Source: Vicinamibacterales bacterium
GTDB taxonomy: Bacteria; Acidobacteriota; Vicinamibacteria; Vicinamibacterales; UBA8438
DNA: 64,000 nt
Direction: 5' to 3'
Assembly: GCA_965207665.1 (NCBI GenBank)
Contig: CBDBMV010000002.1
Span: 2,905,704 to 2,969,703 of the forward strand
Program-made: the position numbers and the translations under genes
Part shown: piece by piece, positions 26,601 through 35,678 of the stretch
Position numbering within the stretch: position 1 is the first letter of the stretch
How the letters are laid out: each line of letters starts with the position of its first letter
The notes under the pieces: generated by a model
Told to the model about the DNA's origin: nothing
What the model saw: only the letters and a program-made list of their open reading frames with translations
The model's database searches: none

Positions 26601-26872
26601 GTCACGGTGTAGTCGCCCGTCTCCAGCGCGACGATCAGGTACTGGCCGTTGCCGTCGGTGACGGCGGTGCGCACCTGCTCGATCAGGGCCGGGCTGCGCG
26701 CCTCGACCGTGACCCCTGGCAGGACGCCGCCGGTGGAGTCCGTGACCGTGCCGCCGATGGCCTGGGCATAAGCCAGGGCCGGCGCGATCAGGACGATTGC
26801 GACGCTTGCTGCCGCCGCGCGGCTGATGCGCCGCGGGCCTGGCGAAACCGACGATGTTCGAACGCTCCGCAT
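23657..26872 (-). CDS. TonB-dependent-receptor-like outer-membrane protein with a CarboxypepD_reg N-terminal domain, tandem copy 1
   Basis: ~1,070 aa. Signal peptide, GGTVTDSTGGVLPGVTVEA...DGNGQYLIVALETGDYTVTFTLPGF (CarboxypepD_reg), a plug-like region, a long beta-rich body and a C-terminal ...KLSFQYNF ending in an aromatic residue. The ATG at 26872 is chosen by analogy with copy 2; the track uses the GTG at 26881. Confidence 0.85.
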   Translation of the reverse strand: MRSVRTSSVSPGPRRISRAAAASVAIVLIAPALAYAQAIGGTVTDSTGGVLPGVTVEARSPALIEQVRTAVTDGNGQYLIVALETGDYTVTFTLPGFSTLVREGVALSTGFTANVDAEMAVGALEETVTVTEATPTIDVQSVRQSETIDREVFETLPTTRGYDSLALLIPAMNVQGGPTTAVPIDTGGVSGVSNNRLTIHGSAEEDAEVHIDGFDVNSVAFDGAPGALPQDTSIAEYVYDYSSNAAEVETGGVRMNLIPKEGSNTFTGGFYANYGHADWLWNNVDQDLIDRGITGGRDGAFKTDQSWQVAPQLGGPIVRDNLWFYASYTYRRASFFPSGLFNNTDTSALRYVPDLDNPTREVSNNYEYTGRLTWQATERDKVQVYYANSNVKQTPALTGSQLFPIFIAPEAGSEGTSAFNTYQATWVRPHTDRILFEAGYSRLPAHSILNPLNNAFDATGSGAHFDARTDLPSVFDGANLTMSRNMGYFFVGNTVWFSTLNQTARASMSYVTGSHNLKFGIRTTTKWQNEAYRHGANWTNILTIAGFPLQAQFGSRPPETNELTNVGVYAQDQWTLDRLTINLGLRFDYFNGHYPDQMSAAGERHHSPWGPELISVQGATAASWKDLQPRLGVVYDLRGDGRTALKGSASRFGSRDAIALAGELNPIANNTTMSRLWLDGAPGHFVIFGGVPIFPSCIPSAADPTASSCVAGDGLVQGDPLNPFPNGELMGAPDNPSFGTHEPSNFFDPDWAFGWGKKKGNWEYSGSIQHELLDNVSLDFGYFRRVYFNFSAWDNRNLGPDDFVEYTVNVPQDSRLPDGGGRTLTVVDLTPEAALRPQNNWQAGTEVYGGESEMWHGIDLSVSARLEDVLLQGGLATGRRITDYCDLQQNQPEVLYGDFSVRDASRVGRGTTGQLAGIAGSRGTLLPTEFCRAEDNWLTNLSLSGSYTFPYDIDVSAAFFSRPGPRREAIYQVPLTEAAAALGRTPTLDRVALNVVTPGTAFGDRLNQLDLRIARVIDFGLGGNVRASFDVYNLLNENAVSREQQALGPSYLMPIGLQPGRLIKLSFQYNF

Positions 26873-26941
26873 TCTCGACACCCCCTTGGGACTTCCCGTT
26901 TGTGTTCGCCGTGCTGCTTCCCGTTAGCGGCATAGAGTCTA

Positions 26942-26990
26942 CACGGACTCAGCCAGCCGGCCGGTCCGCTCGAAGTGCTGCCGGATTTCC
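26942..26990 (+). pseudogene. Footprint of the tctB 3' end, carried along by the tandem receptor duplication
   Basis: The exact 20-mer gccggccggtccgctcgaag occurs at 23556-23575 (inside the tctB 3' end) and again at 26956-26975. cacggactc occurs at 23536-23544 and at 26942-26950. The hairpin copy follows in the same order. Confidence 0.7.
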
Positions 26991-27021
26991 AGGCGGGCGC
27001 CGCCGCGTGGGAAGGGCGCAA

Positions 27022-27052
27022 CGCACGTGGGGCCAGTGCGGCCCCACGTGCG
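27022..27052. terminator. Copy of the 13-bp-stem hairpin, downstream of receptor copy 2
   Basis: cgcacgtggggcc-agtgc-ggccccacgtgcg. It differs from the 23607-23637 hairpin at one loop position. Confidence 0.55.
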
Positions 27053-27060
27053 TACATGCG

Positions 27061-30000
27061 CTAGAAGTTGTACTGGAAGCTGACCTTGGCCAGGCGCCCC
27101 GGCTGCAGGCCTACCGGCTGCAGGTACACGGGGCCGAACCCGCCCACCTCGCGCGATACGGCGTTGGAGTTGAACAGGTTGTAGATGTCGAAGCTCGCCC
27201 GCAGGTTGCCGCCCGTGCCGAAGTCGAGCAGCTTGGCGAACCGCAGGTCCATCTGGTTGAGCGTGTCGCCGAACTCCGTCCCCGGAGGGAGGATGTTCAG
27301 GGCCGGACCGCCCACGGTCGGCGTGCGCCCAAGCGCCGCGGTGGCCTCCGCGACCGGAACGCGGTAGATCGCCTCGCGCCGGGGTCCGGGCCGCGAGAAG
27401 AACGTGGCCGAGACGTCGATGTCGTAGGGGAACGTGTACGAGCCCGACAGCGACAGGTTCGTCAGCCAGTTTTCCTCCGCCCGGCAGAAGTCCAGGGCGC
27501 GCAGGTTGCCCCGGCTGCCGGCAATCCCGGCCAACTGTCCGGTCGTCCCGCGGCCGACGCGCGACGCCGGGAAGGAGTTGAAATCACCCCAATTGACCTC
27601 GGGCTGCTGCTCCTGGTAGCCGCAGTAGTCGGCAATCCGCCGCCCGGTAGCCAGGCCGCCCTGCATCAGGAAGTTCTCGATCCGGGCGGAGATGCTGACG
27701 TCGACGCCGTGCCACATTTCGCTCTCCCCGCCGAGGTTGTTGGTGCCGGTCTTGACGTTGTCCTGCGCCCGGGCGAGCGCTTCCGGCGTCATGTCCACGA
27801 CGGTGAGCGGATAGCCGCCGCCGCCGGGCAGCCGGTCGTCCTGCGGGGCCATGATCGTGTAGCTCTCGAAGTCCTCGGGACCGACGGCCAGGTTGTTCCA
27901 CGCGTCGAAGTTGACGTAGCTGCGCCGGAAGTAACCGACATCGAGCGAGACGTTATCCAGCAACTCGTGCTGCACGCTCCCCGAGAACTCCCAGTTGGCC
28001 TTCTTCAGACCCCAGCCGAACGCCCACTCGGGATCGAAGCGCTGGGTGATGGCATGGGCGCCCAGGATCACGTTGTTTGTAGATATGAACAGCTCGCCGT
28101 TGGGATATGGCAGGTTCGGATCGCCCTGCGGAATGCCGTCGCCGGGAATGCACCCGGCGCTGAAGCAGGACGGCAGCGGAAGGCCAGGAATGAGGAGGTT
28201 GAAGGGCAGCCCATCGCTCCACATGCGGTCGTGCGTCCGGTTGTTGGCCACCGGGTTCAGCTCGCCGGCCAGGGAGATGGCGTCGCGGCTGCCGAACCGC
28301 GACGCGGACGCCTTGAGCGCCGTCCGGCCGTCGCCGCGCAGGTCGTAGACCACGCCCAGGCGCGGCTGGAGGTCCTTCCAGATCGTCGCCGTCGCGCCTT
28401 CGATGTTGATGGGATGCGCCACCCACGTCGAATGCCCGGGCTGGCCCGGCGACGACGCGTGGTCGGGGTAGAAGCCCTTGAAGTAGTCCCACCGCAGGCC
28501 GGCATTGATCGTCAGCCGGTCCAGCGTCCACTGGTCCTGCACGTAGACGCCGGTATTCGTCAACTGGTTGGTCTCGGGCGGCCGCGACACGAATACCGCC
28601 ATTACCGGGACGCCGAATACGGTGCGGGCGTTCGTCCAGTTGGACCCGCTGCGGTACGCCTCGTTCTGCCACTTGAGCGTGGTCCGGAAGCCGAACTTCA
28701 GGTTGTGGCTGCCGGTGACGTACGACATCGAGGCGCGCGCCGTCTGGTTCAGCGTGGAGAACCACACGGTGTTGCCTTCGAACAGCCCGCCCATGTTGCG
28801 CGACATCGTCAGTGGAATCGGGCCGACCAGCTCCAGCAGGCCCGGCAGATCGGTCCGCGCGCCGAAGTGCGCGCCGTCGCCCTTGGCGTCGAACGCGTTG
28901 TTGAGCGGGTGCAGGACGCTGTGCGCGGGCAGCCGCGAGTAGCCTGCCTCGAACAGGATCCGGTCCGTCTGCGGCCTGACCCATGTCGCCTGATAGGTGT
29001 TGAACGCGGACGTGCCCTCGCTGCCCGCTTCCGGGGCGATGTAGAGCGGATAGAGCTGCGATCCGGTGAGCGCCGGCGTCTGCTTGACGTTGCTGTTGGC
29101 GTAGTAGACCTGGACCTTGTCGCGCTCGCTCGCCTGCCACGTCAGCCGCCCCGTGTACTCGTAGTTGTTGGAAACCTCCCGCGTCGGGTTGTCGGGGTCG
29201 GGCACATATATCGTGGAGCTCGTGTCCTTGCTGTTGAACAGACCCGACGGGAAGAAGGCGGCCCGACGGTAGGTGTAGCTCGCGTAGAACCACAGGTTGT
29301 CGCGCACGATTGGCCCGCCGAGCTGCGGGGCGACCTGCCACGTCTGGTCGGCCCTGAAGGCGCCGTCCTTGCCGCCCGTGATCCCGCGGTCGATCAGATC
29401 CTGGTCGACGTTGTTGGCCAACCAGCTCGGGTGTCCGTAGTTCGCGTAGAAACCGCCGGTAATCGTGTTGCTCCCCTCCTTGGGAATCATGTTCATCCGC
29501 ACGCCGCCGGTCTCGACCTCGGCCGCGTTCGAGGAATAGTCGTAGACGTACTCCGCGATCGACGCGTCCTGCGGCAGGGCGCCGGGCGCGCCGTCGAACG
29601 CCACGGAATTCACGTCGAAGCCGTCGATGTGCACCTCGGCGTCATACTCGTCCGAGCCGTGGATGGTGAGCCGGTTGTTGGGCACGCCGCTGAGGCCGCC
29701 CGTGTCGATCGGCACCGCGGTGGACGGGCCGCCCTGGATGTTCATGGCGGGAATGAGCAGCGCCAGCGAGTCGTAGCCGCGCGTCGTCGGGAGCACCTCG
29801 AAGATCTCGCGGTCGATCGTCTCGCTCTGCCGCACGCTCTGGACGTCGATGGTCGGGGTGGCCTCGGTGACGGTGACCGTCTCCTCCAGCGCGCCGACGG
29901 CCATTTCGGCGTCGACGTTGGCCGTGAACCCCGTGCTGAGCGCGACGCCCTCACGCACGAGCGTGCTGAAGCCGGGCAGCATGAACGTCACGGTGTAGTC

Positions 30001-30258
30001 GCCCGTTTCCAGCGCGACGATCAGGTACTGGCCGTTCCCGTCCGTGACGGCGGTTCGGACCTGCTCGATCAGGGCCGGGCTGCGCGCCTCGACCGTGACA
30101 CCGGGCAGGACGCCCCCGGTGGAGTCGGTGACAGTGCCGCCGATGGCCTGGGCATGGGCCAGGGCGGGCGCGAAGAGGACGACTACGACGCAAGCAACCG
30201 CCGCGCGGCGAAGGCGCAACGGGCGTAGTGAAGACGACGATGTTCGAACGCTCCGCAT
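27061..30258 (-). CDS. TonB-dependent-receptor-like outer-membrane protein with a CarboxypepD_reg N-terminal domain, tandem copy 2
   Basis: Start re-set to the ATG at 30258 (MRSVRTSSSSLRPLRLRRAAVACVVVVLFAPALAHAQ). Colinear with copy 1 over the full length, with the same C-terminal ...KVSFQYNF. Confidence 0.85.
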   Translation of the reverse strand: MRSVRTSSSSLRPLRLRRAAVACVVVVLFAPALAHAQAIGGTVTDSTGGVLPGVTVEARSPALIEQVRTAVTDGNGQYLIVALETGDYTVTFMLPGFSTLVREGVALSTGFTANVDAEMAVGALEETVTVTEATPTIDVQSVRQSETIDREIFEVLPTTRGYDSLALLIPAMNIQGGPSTAVPIDTGGLSGVPNNRLTIHGSDEYDAEVHIDGFDVNSVAFDGAPGALPQDASIAEYVYDYSSNAAEVETGGVRMNMIPKEGSNTITGGFYANYGHPSWLANNVDQDLIDRGITGGKDGAFRADQTWQVAPQLGGPIVRDNLWFYASYTYRRAAFFPSGLFNSKDTSSTIYVPDPDNPTREVSNNYEYTGRLTWQASERDKVQVYYANSNVKQTPALTGSQLYPLYIAPEAGSEGTSAFNTYQATWVRPQTDRILFEAGYSRLPAHSVLHPLNNAFDAKGDGAHFGARTDLPGLLELVGPIPLTMSRNMGGLFEGNTVWFSTLNQTARASMSYVTGSHNLKFGFRTTLKWQNEAYRSGSNWTNARTVFGVPVMAVFVSRPPETNQLTNTGVYVQDQWTLDRLTINAGLRWDYFKGFYPDHASSPGQPGHSTWVAHPINIEGATATIWKDLQPRLGVVYDLRGDGRTALKASASRFGSRDAISLAGELNPVANNRTHDRMWSDGLPFNLLIPGLPLPSCFSAGCIPGDGIPQGDPNLPYPNGELFISTNNVILGAHAITQRFDPEWAFGWGLKKANWEFSGSVQHELLDNVSLDVGYFRRSYVNFDAWNNLAVGPEDFESYTIMAPQDDRLPGGGGYPLTVVDMTPEALARAQDNVKTGTNNLGGESEMWHGVDVSISARIENFLMQGGLATGRRIADYCGYQEQQPEVNWGDFNSFPASRVGRGTTGQLAGIAGSRGNLRALDFCRAEENWLTNLSLSGSYTFPYDIDVSATFFSRPGPRREAIYRVPVAEATAALGRTPTVGGPALNILPPGTEFGDTLNQMDLRFAKLLDFGTGGNLRASFDIYNLFNSNAVSREVGGFGPVYLQPVGLQPGRLAKVSFQYNF

Positions 30259-30448
30259 TCTCGTTACCCCCCTCGGATTCTCTACCGTGTATTCAGCGCC
30301 GTTCCGGCTGACGGTTTGCGACCTCCTTTCACCTGCCGTCCCCAAGGGCCGGATGCTGCGCTATGGCAGCCCGACCTCGCATACTAGCGCACGATTCCAC
30401 GCAAAAAGTCAAGTAGCGCGGGATATTCTTGCGGCGCCGCGAAACTCG

Positions 30449-30476
30449 TTGCGACGCCGCCAATTTCACGTAGAAT
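30449..30476 (+). promoter_or_regulatory. Sigma70-like promoter candidate for the dienelactone hydrolase gene
   Basis: TTGCGA (30449-30454), a 16-nt spacer, then TAGAAT (30471-30476), in a locally AT-richer stretch. A GAGGAGG Shine-Dalgarno precedes the ATG at 30535. Confidence 0.35.
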
Positions 30477-30534
30477 CAAGACCGATCGAAGGCGGCTCCG
30501 TTACGCCGACAGTGGTTCCACCGAGGAGGCAGAC

Positions 30535-31401
30535 ATGTGCGATGAACGAACCGATGCTGACAATTCCAGGTACTTGCGCGCGCAGACGCTGACGCGGCGC
30601 CAGTTCGGCGCCGTATCGGCCGGCGCCGGACTGGCGTTCCTGCTGCCGCGGGCGGCCGATGCGCAGTCCGTGACCGAGGCCGAGATCGACATCACGACGC
30701 CGGACGGCGTGTGCGACAGCTACTTCGTGCACCCCTCCAGCGGCGCCCATCCGGGCGTGCTGATCTGGCCCGACGCCTTCGGCCTGCGGCCCGCCAAGCG
30801 CCAGATGGCCAGGCGTCTGGCCGAGTCCGGCTATTCCGTGCTGGTGGTCAACCAGTACTACCGCTCGCAGCGCGCGCCCATCGTCAGCAGCACCAACTTC
30901 CAGGAGGTGGCCCCCATCGTCAGGCCGCTGATGGGCACGTTGAACGCCGACACCCACGTGCGCGACGCGCGCGCGTTCATCGGCTGGCTCGACGGCCAGG
31001 CGTCGGTGGACACCAGCCGCGGCGTAGGCACGATGGGCTACTGCATGGGCGGGCCAATCACCATGCGCACGGCCGCGGCTGTGCCCGACCGGGTCAAGGC
31101 GGCCGCGTCGTTCCACGGCGGCGGCCTGGTGACCGACGGGCCCGACAGCCCGCACCTGCTCGTGCCGCAGATGCAGGCGCAGTACCTGTTCGCCATCGCC
31201 GAGAACGACGACGAGAACGAGCCGGAAGCCAAGAACGTGCTGCGCGAGGTGTTCGACAAGGCCGGCCTGGCGGCGGAGATCGAAGTCTACGACGGCGCGC
31301 TGCACGGCTGGTGTCCGCCGGATACGCAGGTGTACCACGAGGCGCAGGCCGAGCGCGCGTGGAGCCGCCTGCTCGTGCTGTTCGAGCGCGCTCTCGCGTA
31401 A
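30535..31401 (+). CDS. Tat-exported dienelactone hydrolase family protein
   Basis: 288 aa. LTRRQFGAVSAGAGLAFLLPRAADA (Tat-like); WPDAFGLRP...; nucleophile region GYCMGG (Cys, as in dienelactone hydrolases); ...ALHGW. Confidence 0.8.
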   Translation: MCDERTDADNSRYLRAQTLTRRQFGAVSAGAGLAFLLPRAADAQSVTEAEIDITTPDGVCDSYFVHPSSGAHPGVLIWPDAFGLRPAKRQMARRLAESGYSVLVVNQYYRSQRAPIVSSTNFQEVAPIVRPLMGTLNADTHVRDARAFIGWLDGQASVDTSRGVGTMGYCMGGPITMRTAAAVPDRVKAAASFHGGGLVTDGPDSPHLLVPQMQAQYLFAIAENDDENEPEAKNVLREVFDKAGLAAEIEVYDGALHGWCPPDTQVYHEAQAERAWSRLLVLFERALA

Positions 31402-31419
31402 CGTTCGCCGGAGCGCGCA

Positions 31420-32346
31420 ATGTCCTCGACTGCACTCGATCCGTCCATCGTTCCGCTCGCGGACCAGGTCCCGTTCGGGGAACTAAACGGCGCAACGCTC
31501 GCCGAAATACGGGCAACGCCGCTCATGCTGCCGGGCGAGCTTTCGGACGGCGTCGAGCGCGTCGACCACGTGGTGAGCGAGGCGCCACGCGTCGTCGTCC
31601 GCGTGCACACGCCGAAGGCGGCAGCGAGCCGGCCGCGTCCGTGCATCTACTCCATCCACGGCGGGGGCTACGTCATCGGCTCGTACGAAATGGACGACAT
31701 CAGTTTCGATCAGCGCTGCCAGGCGCTCGACTGCGTCGGGGTTTCGGTCGAGTACCGGCTCGCGCCCGAGACGCCGTACCCCGGTCCGCTGGACGACTGC
31801 TACGCCGGCCTGGCCTGGGTGTTCCGGAACGCCGCGCAGCTCGGCATCGATCCGGCGCGCGTGGGCGTGACCGGCATCAGCGCCGGCGGCGGACTCGCCG
31901 CGGCGCTGGCGCTGCTGGTCCGCGACCGCGGGGAGTACACGCTGGAGTGGCAACTGCTGGACTGCCCGATGCTCGACGATCGCCAGTGCACGCCGTCGAG
32001 TCAGGCCGACGGCCTGATCATCTGGAGCCGCGCGTCGAACGCCTTCGGCTGGAAGTCGTACCTGGGCGATCTCTACGGCGCCGACGACGTGCCGTACCAC
32101 GCGGCCCCGGCGCGCGCGGAGGACCTGTCGGGGCTGCCGCGGGCCTATGTCTGCGTGGGCGGGGCCGACGGCTTCCGGGACGAGGACATCGACTACGCGC
32201 TGCGCCTGAACGGCGCCGGCGTGGAATGCGAGTTGCACGTCTACCCCGGCGCGCCGCACGGCGTCATGCTCTTCGCGGACACCGACGTGGCGCGGCGCTA
32301 CATGCGCGACCAGCACGAGTGGCTCGCGCGAAGGCTCCAAGGCTGA
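31420..32346 (+). CDS. Alpha/beta hydrolase fold-3 esterase/lipase (HSL-like)
   Basis: 308 aa. The oxyanion motif HGGGY, the nucleophile elbow G-I-S-A-G-G and a C-terminal ...PGAPHG are typical of the hormone-sensitive-lipase-like family. Confidence 0.85.
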   Translation: MSSTALDPSIVPLADQVPFGELNGATLAEIRATPLMLPGELSDGVERVDHVVSEAPRVVVRVHTPKAAASRPRPCIYSIHGGGYVIGSYEMDDISFDQRCQALDCVGVSVEYRLAPETPYPGPLDDCYAGLAWVFRNAAQLGIDPARVGVTGISAGGGLAAALALLVRDRGEYTLEWQLLDCPMLDDRQCTPSSQADGLIIWSRASNAFGWKSYLGDLYGADDVPYHAAPARAEDLSGLPRAYVCVGGADGFRDEDIDYALRLNGAGVECELHVYPGAPHGVMLFADTDVARRYMRDQHEWLARRLQG

Positions 32347-32358
32347 AGCGCCGTCCGG

Positions 32359-33699
32359 TCAGTTCCTGAGCTCGCGGCCGGCGATCCACACGGAGTCGAT
32401 CCGCCGCGTGTTGCGGATGTCCGCCAGCGGGTCGCCGTCCAGCACCACGAAGTCGGCCCACTTGCCGGGCTCCAGCGTGCCCAGCTCGCCGAGCCCCATG
32501 ACGCGCGCGGCGCTGCCGGTGGCGGCGACGAGCGCTCGCAGCGGCGTCAGCCCGGCCTCCACCATCAGCTCCAGCTCCACGTGCTCGAAGTAGCCCTGCC
32601 AGCGCCCGAGCTGCGTGCCGCTGTCGGTGCCCATGGCGATCGTCACGCCCCCGTCGGCCAGCAGCTTCAGATTGCGTTGGGCCTGCACAAGCACCCTCCT
32701 GGCCGCCGCGGCCTGTTCGCTCCCGCGCACCCGCGTCTGGAGCGCCGGATCCCGAATGCGTTCCATCTCCGCCCGGTAGGCGTCGCCGGCGCGCAGGAAG
32801 AACGCGTCGTCGAAGAACGCCGGCGTCGTCTCGTAGAGGAACAGCGACAGCGTCCGGGTCAAGGTCGGAACGTATCCGATGTTCCGACTGGTCAGCGCGG
32901 CGATCAGCTCCGCGTCCACGTCCCGGTCGCGCACGCTGTGCACGATGGCGTCCACGCCCGCGTCCGCCAGGCCCTTTGCGTCCTCCAGCGTGACGGCGTG
33001 CGCCGCTACCCGCAGTCCCCGCCGGTGCGCCTGGTCGATCAGCGCGCGATACACCACCGACGCCATGTCGTCCGGCCGGTCGTCGAGCCGCGTCTTGACG
33101 ACGTCGACCCCCAGCTCGGCGATCTCATCGACGCCCGCGCGCGCTTCGGCCGCGGTGGCGCCGACGACGTTCGGACCGGAAGGAAACAGCCGCGCGCGGT
33201 CGAGTAACTCGCCGTCCGCCTGCGCGTCGCGCACCCGCACGCTCTCCTCCCCCACCTGCCACGGGTACGGCAGCCGCGGCGCGTGCGCGCGGTGGGCCGC
33301 GGAGCGCCCGTCGCCCAGGGTGTGAACGGTGGTGACGCCGAACGCGGCATACACACGGAGCTGCGCCAGCAACCGCTCGCGCAGCGGCAGCGCTTCGTCG
33401 CCGTCGTTGAGATGCGCATGCGCGTTGACGAGTCCCGGAATGATGGTCTTGCCGGTGACGTCGATGCGTGTGGCGTCGTCGGGGATCGCCAGGTCCGCGG
33501 CCTGGGAAACCGCCTGAATCCGTCCGTCGCGGAACAGCAGCGCGGCCCGTTCGAGCGGCGGCCGCCCCGTGCCGTCGACCACGCTGGCGCCGGTGAGGAC
33601 TACGACGTCGCCGGAGTCAGGCCCGGGCTGCGCCAGCAGCGCCCCTGCAAGCACCAGCGACCCGCCGCCAGCCGCCAGAGCCAGCGCACGGCGGCGCAT
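32359..33699 (-). CDS. Secreted amidohydrolase family protein
   Basis: Start re-set to the ATG at 33699 ([25 protein letters not shown]). Its start codon shares one base (33699) with the stop codon of the upstream gene (TGATG on the coding strand). Metal-binding motif GLVNAHAHL and a later ...VAAHAV.. and ..HSV.. Confidence 0.85.
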   Translation of the reverse strand: MRRRALALAAGGGSLVLAGALLAQPGPDSGDVVVLTGASVVDGTGRPPLERAALLFRDGRIQAVSQAADLAIPDDATRIDVTGKTIIPGLVNAHAHLNDGDEALPLRERLLAQLRVYAAFGVTTVHTLGDGRSAAHRAHAPRLPYPWQVGEESVRVRDAQADGELLDRARLFPSGPNVVGATAAEARAGVDEIAELGVDVVKTRLDDRPDDMASVVYRALIDQAHRRGLRVAAHAVTLEDAKGLADAGVDAIVHSVRDRDVDAELIAALTSRNIGYVPTLTRTLSLFLYETTPAFFDDAFFLRAGDAYRAEMERIRDPALQTRVRGSEQAAAARRVLVQAQRNLKLLADGGVTIAMGTDSGTQLGRWQGYFEHVELELMVEAGLTPLRALVAATGSAARVMGLGELGTLEPGKWADFVVLDGDPLADIRNTRRIDSVWIAGRELRN

Positions 33700-35597
33700 C
33701 AGTCCAGCCCCGGCACGTCCCTGACCCAGGCGGTCGGGCCGTCCTCCCACTTGTTGTGGGTCAACCGCACGACGGTCCGGTCCGACAGGCGGATGGCATG
33801 GAGCTCGCCGTACGGCTGGGGTTGAAAGATGACGCGCAGCAGCGGCAGCTCGTCGCTGAACTCGCTGCGCTGGGACGTGAAGAGCACCCACTCGTCGTCG
33901 GGCGAGAACTTCGGGTGCATGTCGTTGCCCGGGTTCCGGGTCAGGCGCTCGGGCGGTCCGGGCTCTCCGTTCCGGTCGAACGCGATGGTGTAGATCTCAA
34001 AGTTGCCATCCCGGAAGGAAGTGAACGCGACGCGGTCGCCGCCGGACGAGAACGCCGGCATGGTGTCCGTCGCCTCGTGGTGAGTCAGCCGGCGCGCATC
34101 CGTGCCGTCGGCATCCATCACGTAGATCTCGCCGTTGCCGTCGCGCAGGCTGCGGAAGACGATGCGCCGGCCGTCCGGTGCGAAGTCGGGGAACGCTTCG
34201 TTGGTGTCGGAATCCGGCGTGAGGTTCACCGCGCCGCTGCCGTCGCTGCGGATCTTCCAGATGTCCACATCCCTTGCAGCGGAAGCGAACGGCGGACCCA
34301 CGGCGAACGCCAGCCAACCGCCGTCGTACGACCAAGACGGCCCCCACGCCGAATCGGGGCCGCGGTACCGATCCGCCCCGGCCCGGTCGACCAGCACGCG
34401 CTTGCGGCTGCCGTCCGTCCTGGACGCCACCAGCCGCGCGAACGCCTCGCTGGTGGCCACCTCGCCCGACGTGCGGTCGACTGCCGGGATGTAGCCGCGG
34501 ATGCCGATCAGGGAGACGCGGCGGTCCGGCAGGTGGACCGGCACGGACGCATGCACGGGAAACGCGCCCGGCGAGTCGCTCTCGAAGCGGGAGGCGGGCT
34601 CCAGCGGACCCGGCCCGTGCGCCAGCAGGCGTCCGGACGCAGGGTCGTAGTCGGGCGCCCAGTAGTCGCGCTCGGTGTCACTGGCGACCTGCATGTCAGC
34701 GCCATCCGGGCGTACGGTCACGAGCGTCCAGCGGTCGTCGCGCCGCGCCGTGAACGCCAGCCGCCCGGCTGGGCCGAAGGTCGGCGACAGCGCCGCCTCG
34801 CCGCTGGCCGAAACCGGCTCGGTCCCGGAGCCGTCAATGGCGGTGCGGTAGATGCGCGGCTCCCCGTCGCGCTGCGAATAGAACACGGCCGCCTGTCCGT
34901 CGGGCGTCCACGCCGGCGCCCCGTCCCAGCTCTCGTGCCGCGTCAGGCGCCGTACGTCGCTCCCGTCCGCCTGCATCACGTACAGCTCGCTGGCCAGGTA
35001 TGTCGGCGGAGGCCCCGGCCCTGTGCTCGTCGAGACCGCCGTGTCGCGGCTGCTGGAGAACAGAATCCGAGTTCCGTCCGGCGAAAAAGCCGGGTTGTAG
35101 TCGCCGGCGGCGTGGCGCGTCAGGTTTACCGCCTCGTCCGCTGCAGCCGGCCCCTCCGGCCGGAACGGCATCACGAAGATGTCCGCGTTGCCGCTGCGCG
35201 TGCTGACGAACAGCAACTGCCTGCCGTCCGGTGAAATGTCCGCCGCGTCCTCCATTGCGGGACCGGTGATCAACGGCCGCGCCGGCGCGCTGCCGCGCAG
35301 ATCGAGCACGTACAGGTCCGGGCTGCCGCTGCGTTCGGAGGTGAACACTACCCAGCGCCCATCGGGAGAAAAGGCGCCGTTGTAGTCGAGCCCCGGATCG
35401 GTCGTCAGTCTGCGCGGTTTCTTCCCGGGTTCTTCGAAGAGAAACAGGTCCCAGTTGGACGGCTGGATGGTGCTGTAGACGATGGTCTCGCGCGGCGGGC
35501 CGCCGTCCTGCGCGCCGCCCACGCCGACCGTCACGCCGGCGACAGCCAGCAGCGCCACCAGGACGGCGAACGCCCGCACGACCGTGAATACCTGCAT
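33699..35597 (-). CDS. Secreted TolB-like protein with PD40/WD40-like beta-propeller repeats
   Basis: 632 aa with a signal peptide. Repeated units such as [51 protein letters not shown] and [18 protein letters not shown]. Confidence 0.85.
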   Translation of the reverse strand: MQVFTVVRAFAVLVALLAVAGVTVGVGGAQDGGPPRETIVYSTIQPSNWDLFLFEEPGKKPRRLTTDPGLDYNGAFSPDGRWVVFTSERSGSPDLYVLDLRGSAPARPLITGPAMEDAADISPDGRQLLFVSTRSGNADIFVMPFRPEGPAAADEAVNLTRHAAGDYNPAFSPDGTRILFSSSRDTAVSTSTGPGPPPTYLASELYVMQADGSDVRRLTRHESWDGAPAWTPDGQAAVFYSQRDGEPRIYRTAIDGSGTEPVSASGEAALSPTFGPAGRLAFTARRDDRWTLVTVRPDGADMQVASDTERDYWAPDYDPASGRLLAHGPGPLEPASRFESDSPGAFPVHASVPVHLPDRRVSLIGIRGYIPAVDRTSGEVATSEAFARLVASRTDGSRKRVLVDRAGADRYRGPDSAWGPSWSYDGGWLAFAVGPPFASAARDVDIWKIRSDGSGAVNLTPDSDTNEAFPDFAPDGRRIVFRSLRDGNGEIYVMDADGTDARRLTHHEATDTMPAFSSGGDRVAFTSFRDGNFEIYTIAFDRNGEPGPPERLTRNPGNDMHPKFSPDDEWVLFTSQRSEFSDELPLLRVIFQPQPYGELHAIRLSDRTVVRLTHNKWEDGPTAWVRDVPGLD

Positions 35598-35678
35598 CGC
35601 AGCGCCCCCCTTTGGGCAGCGGTCGGTATGCTACGTTGCGTTCACTCTACAGCACGGCAGCTTCAACGCCTGCGTCCA

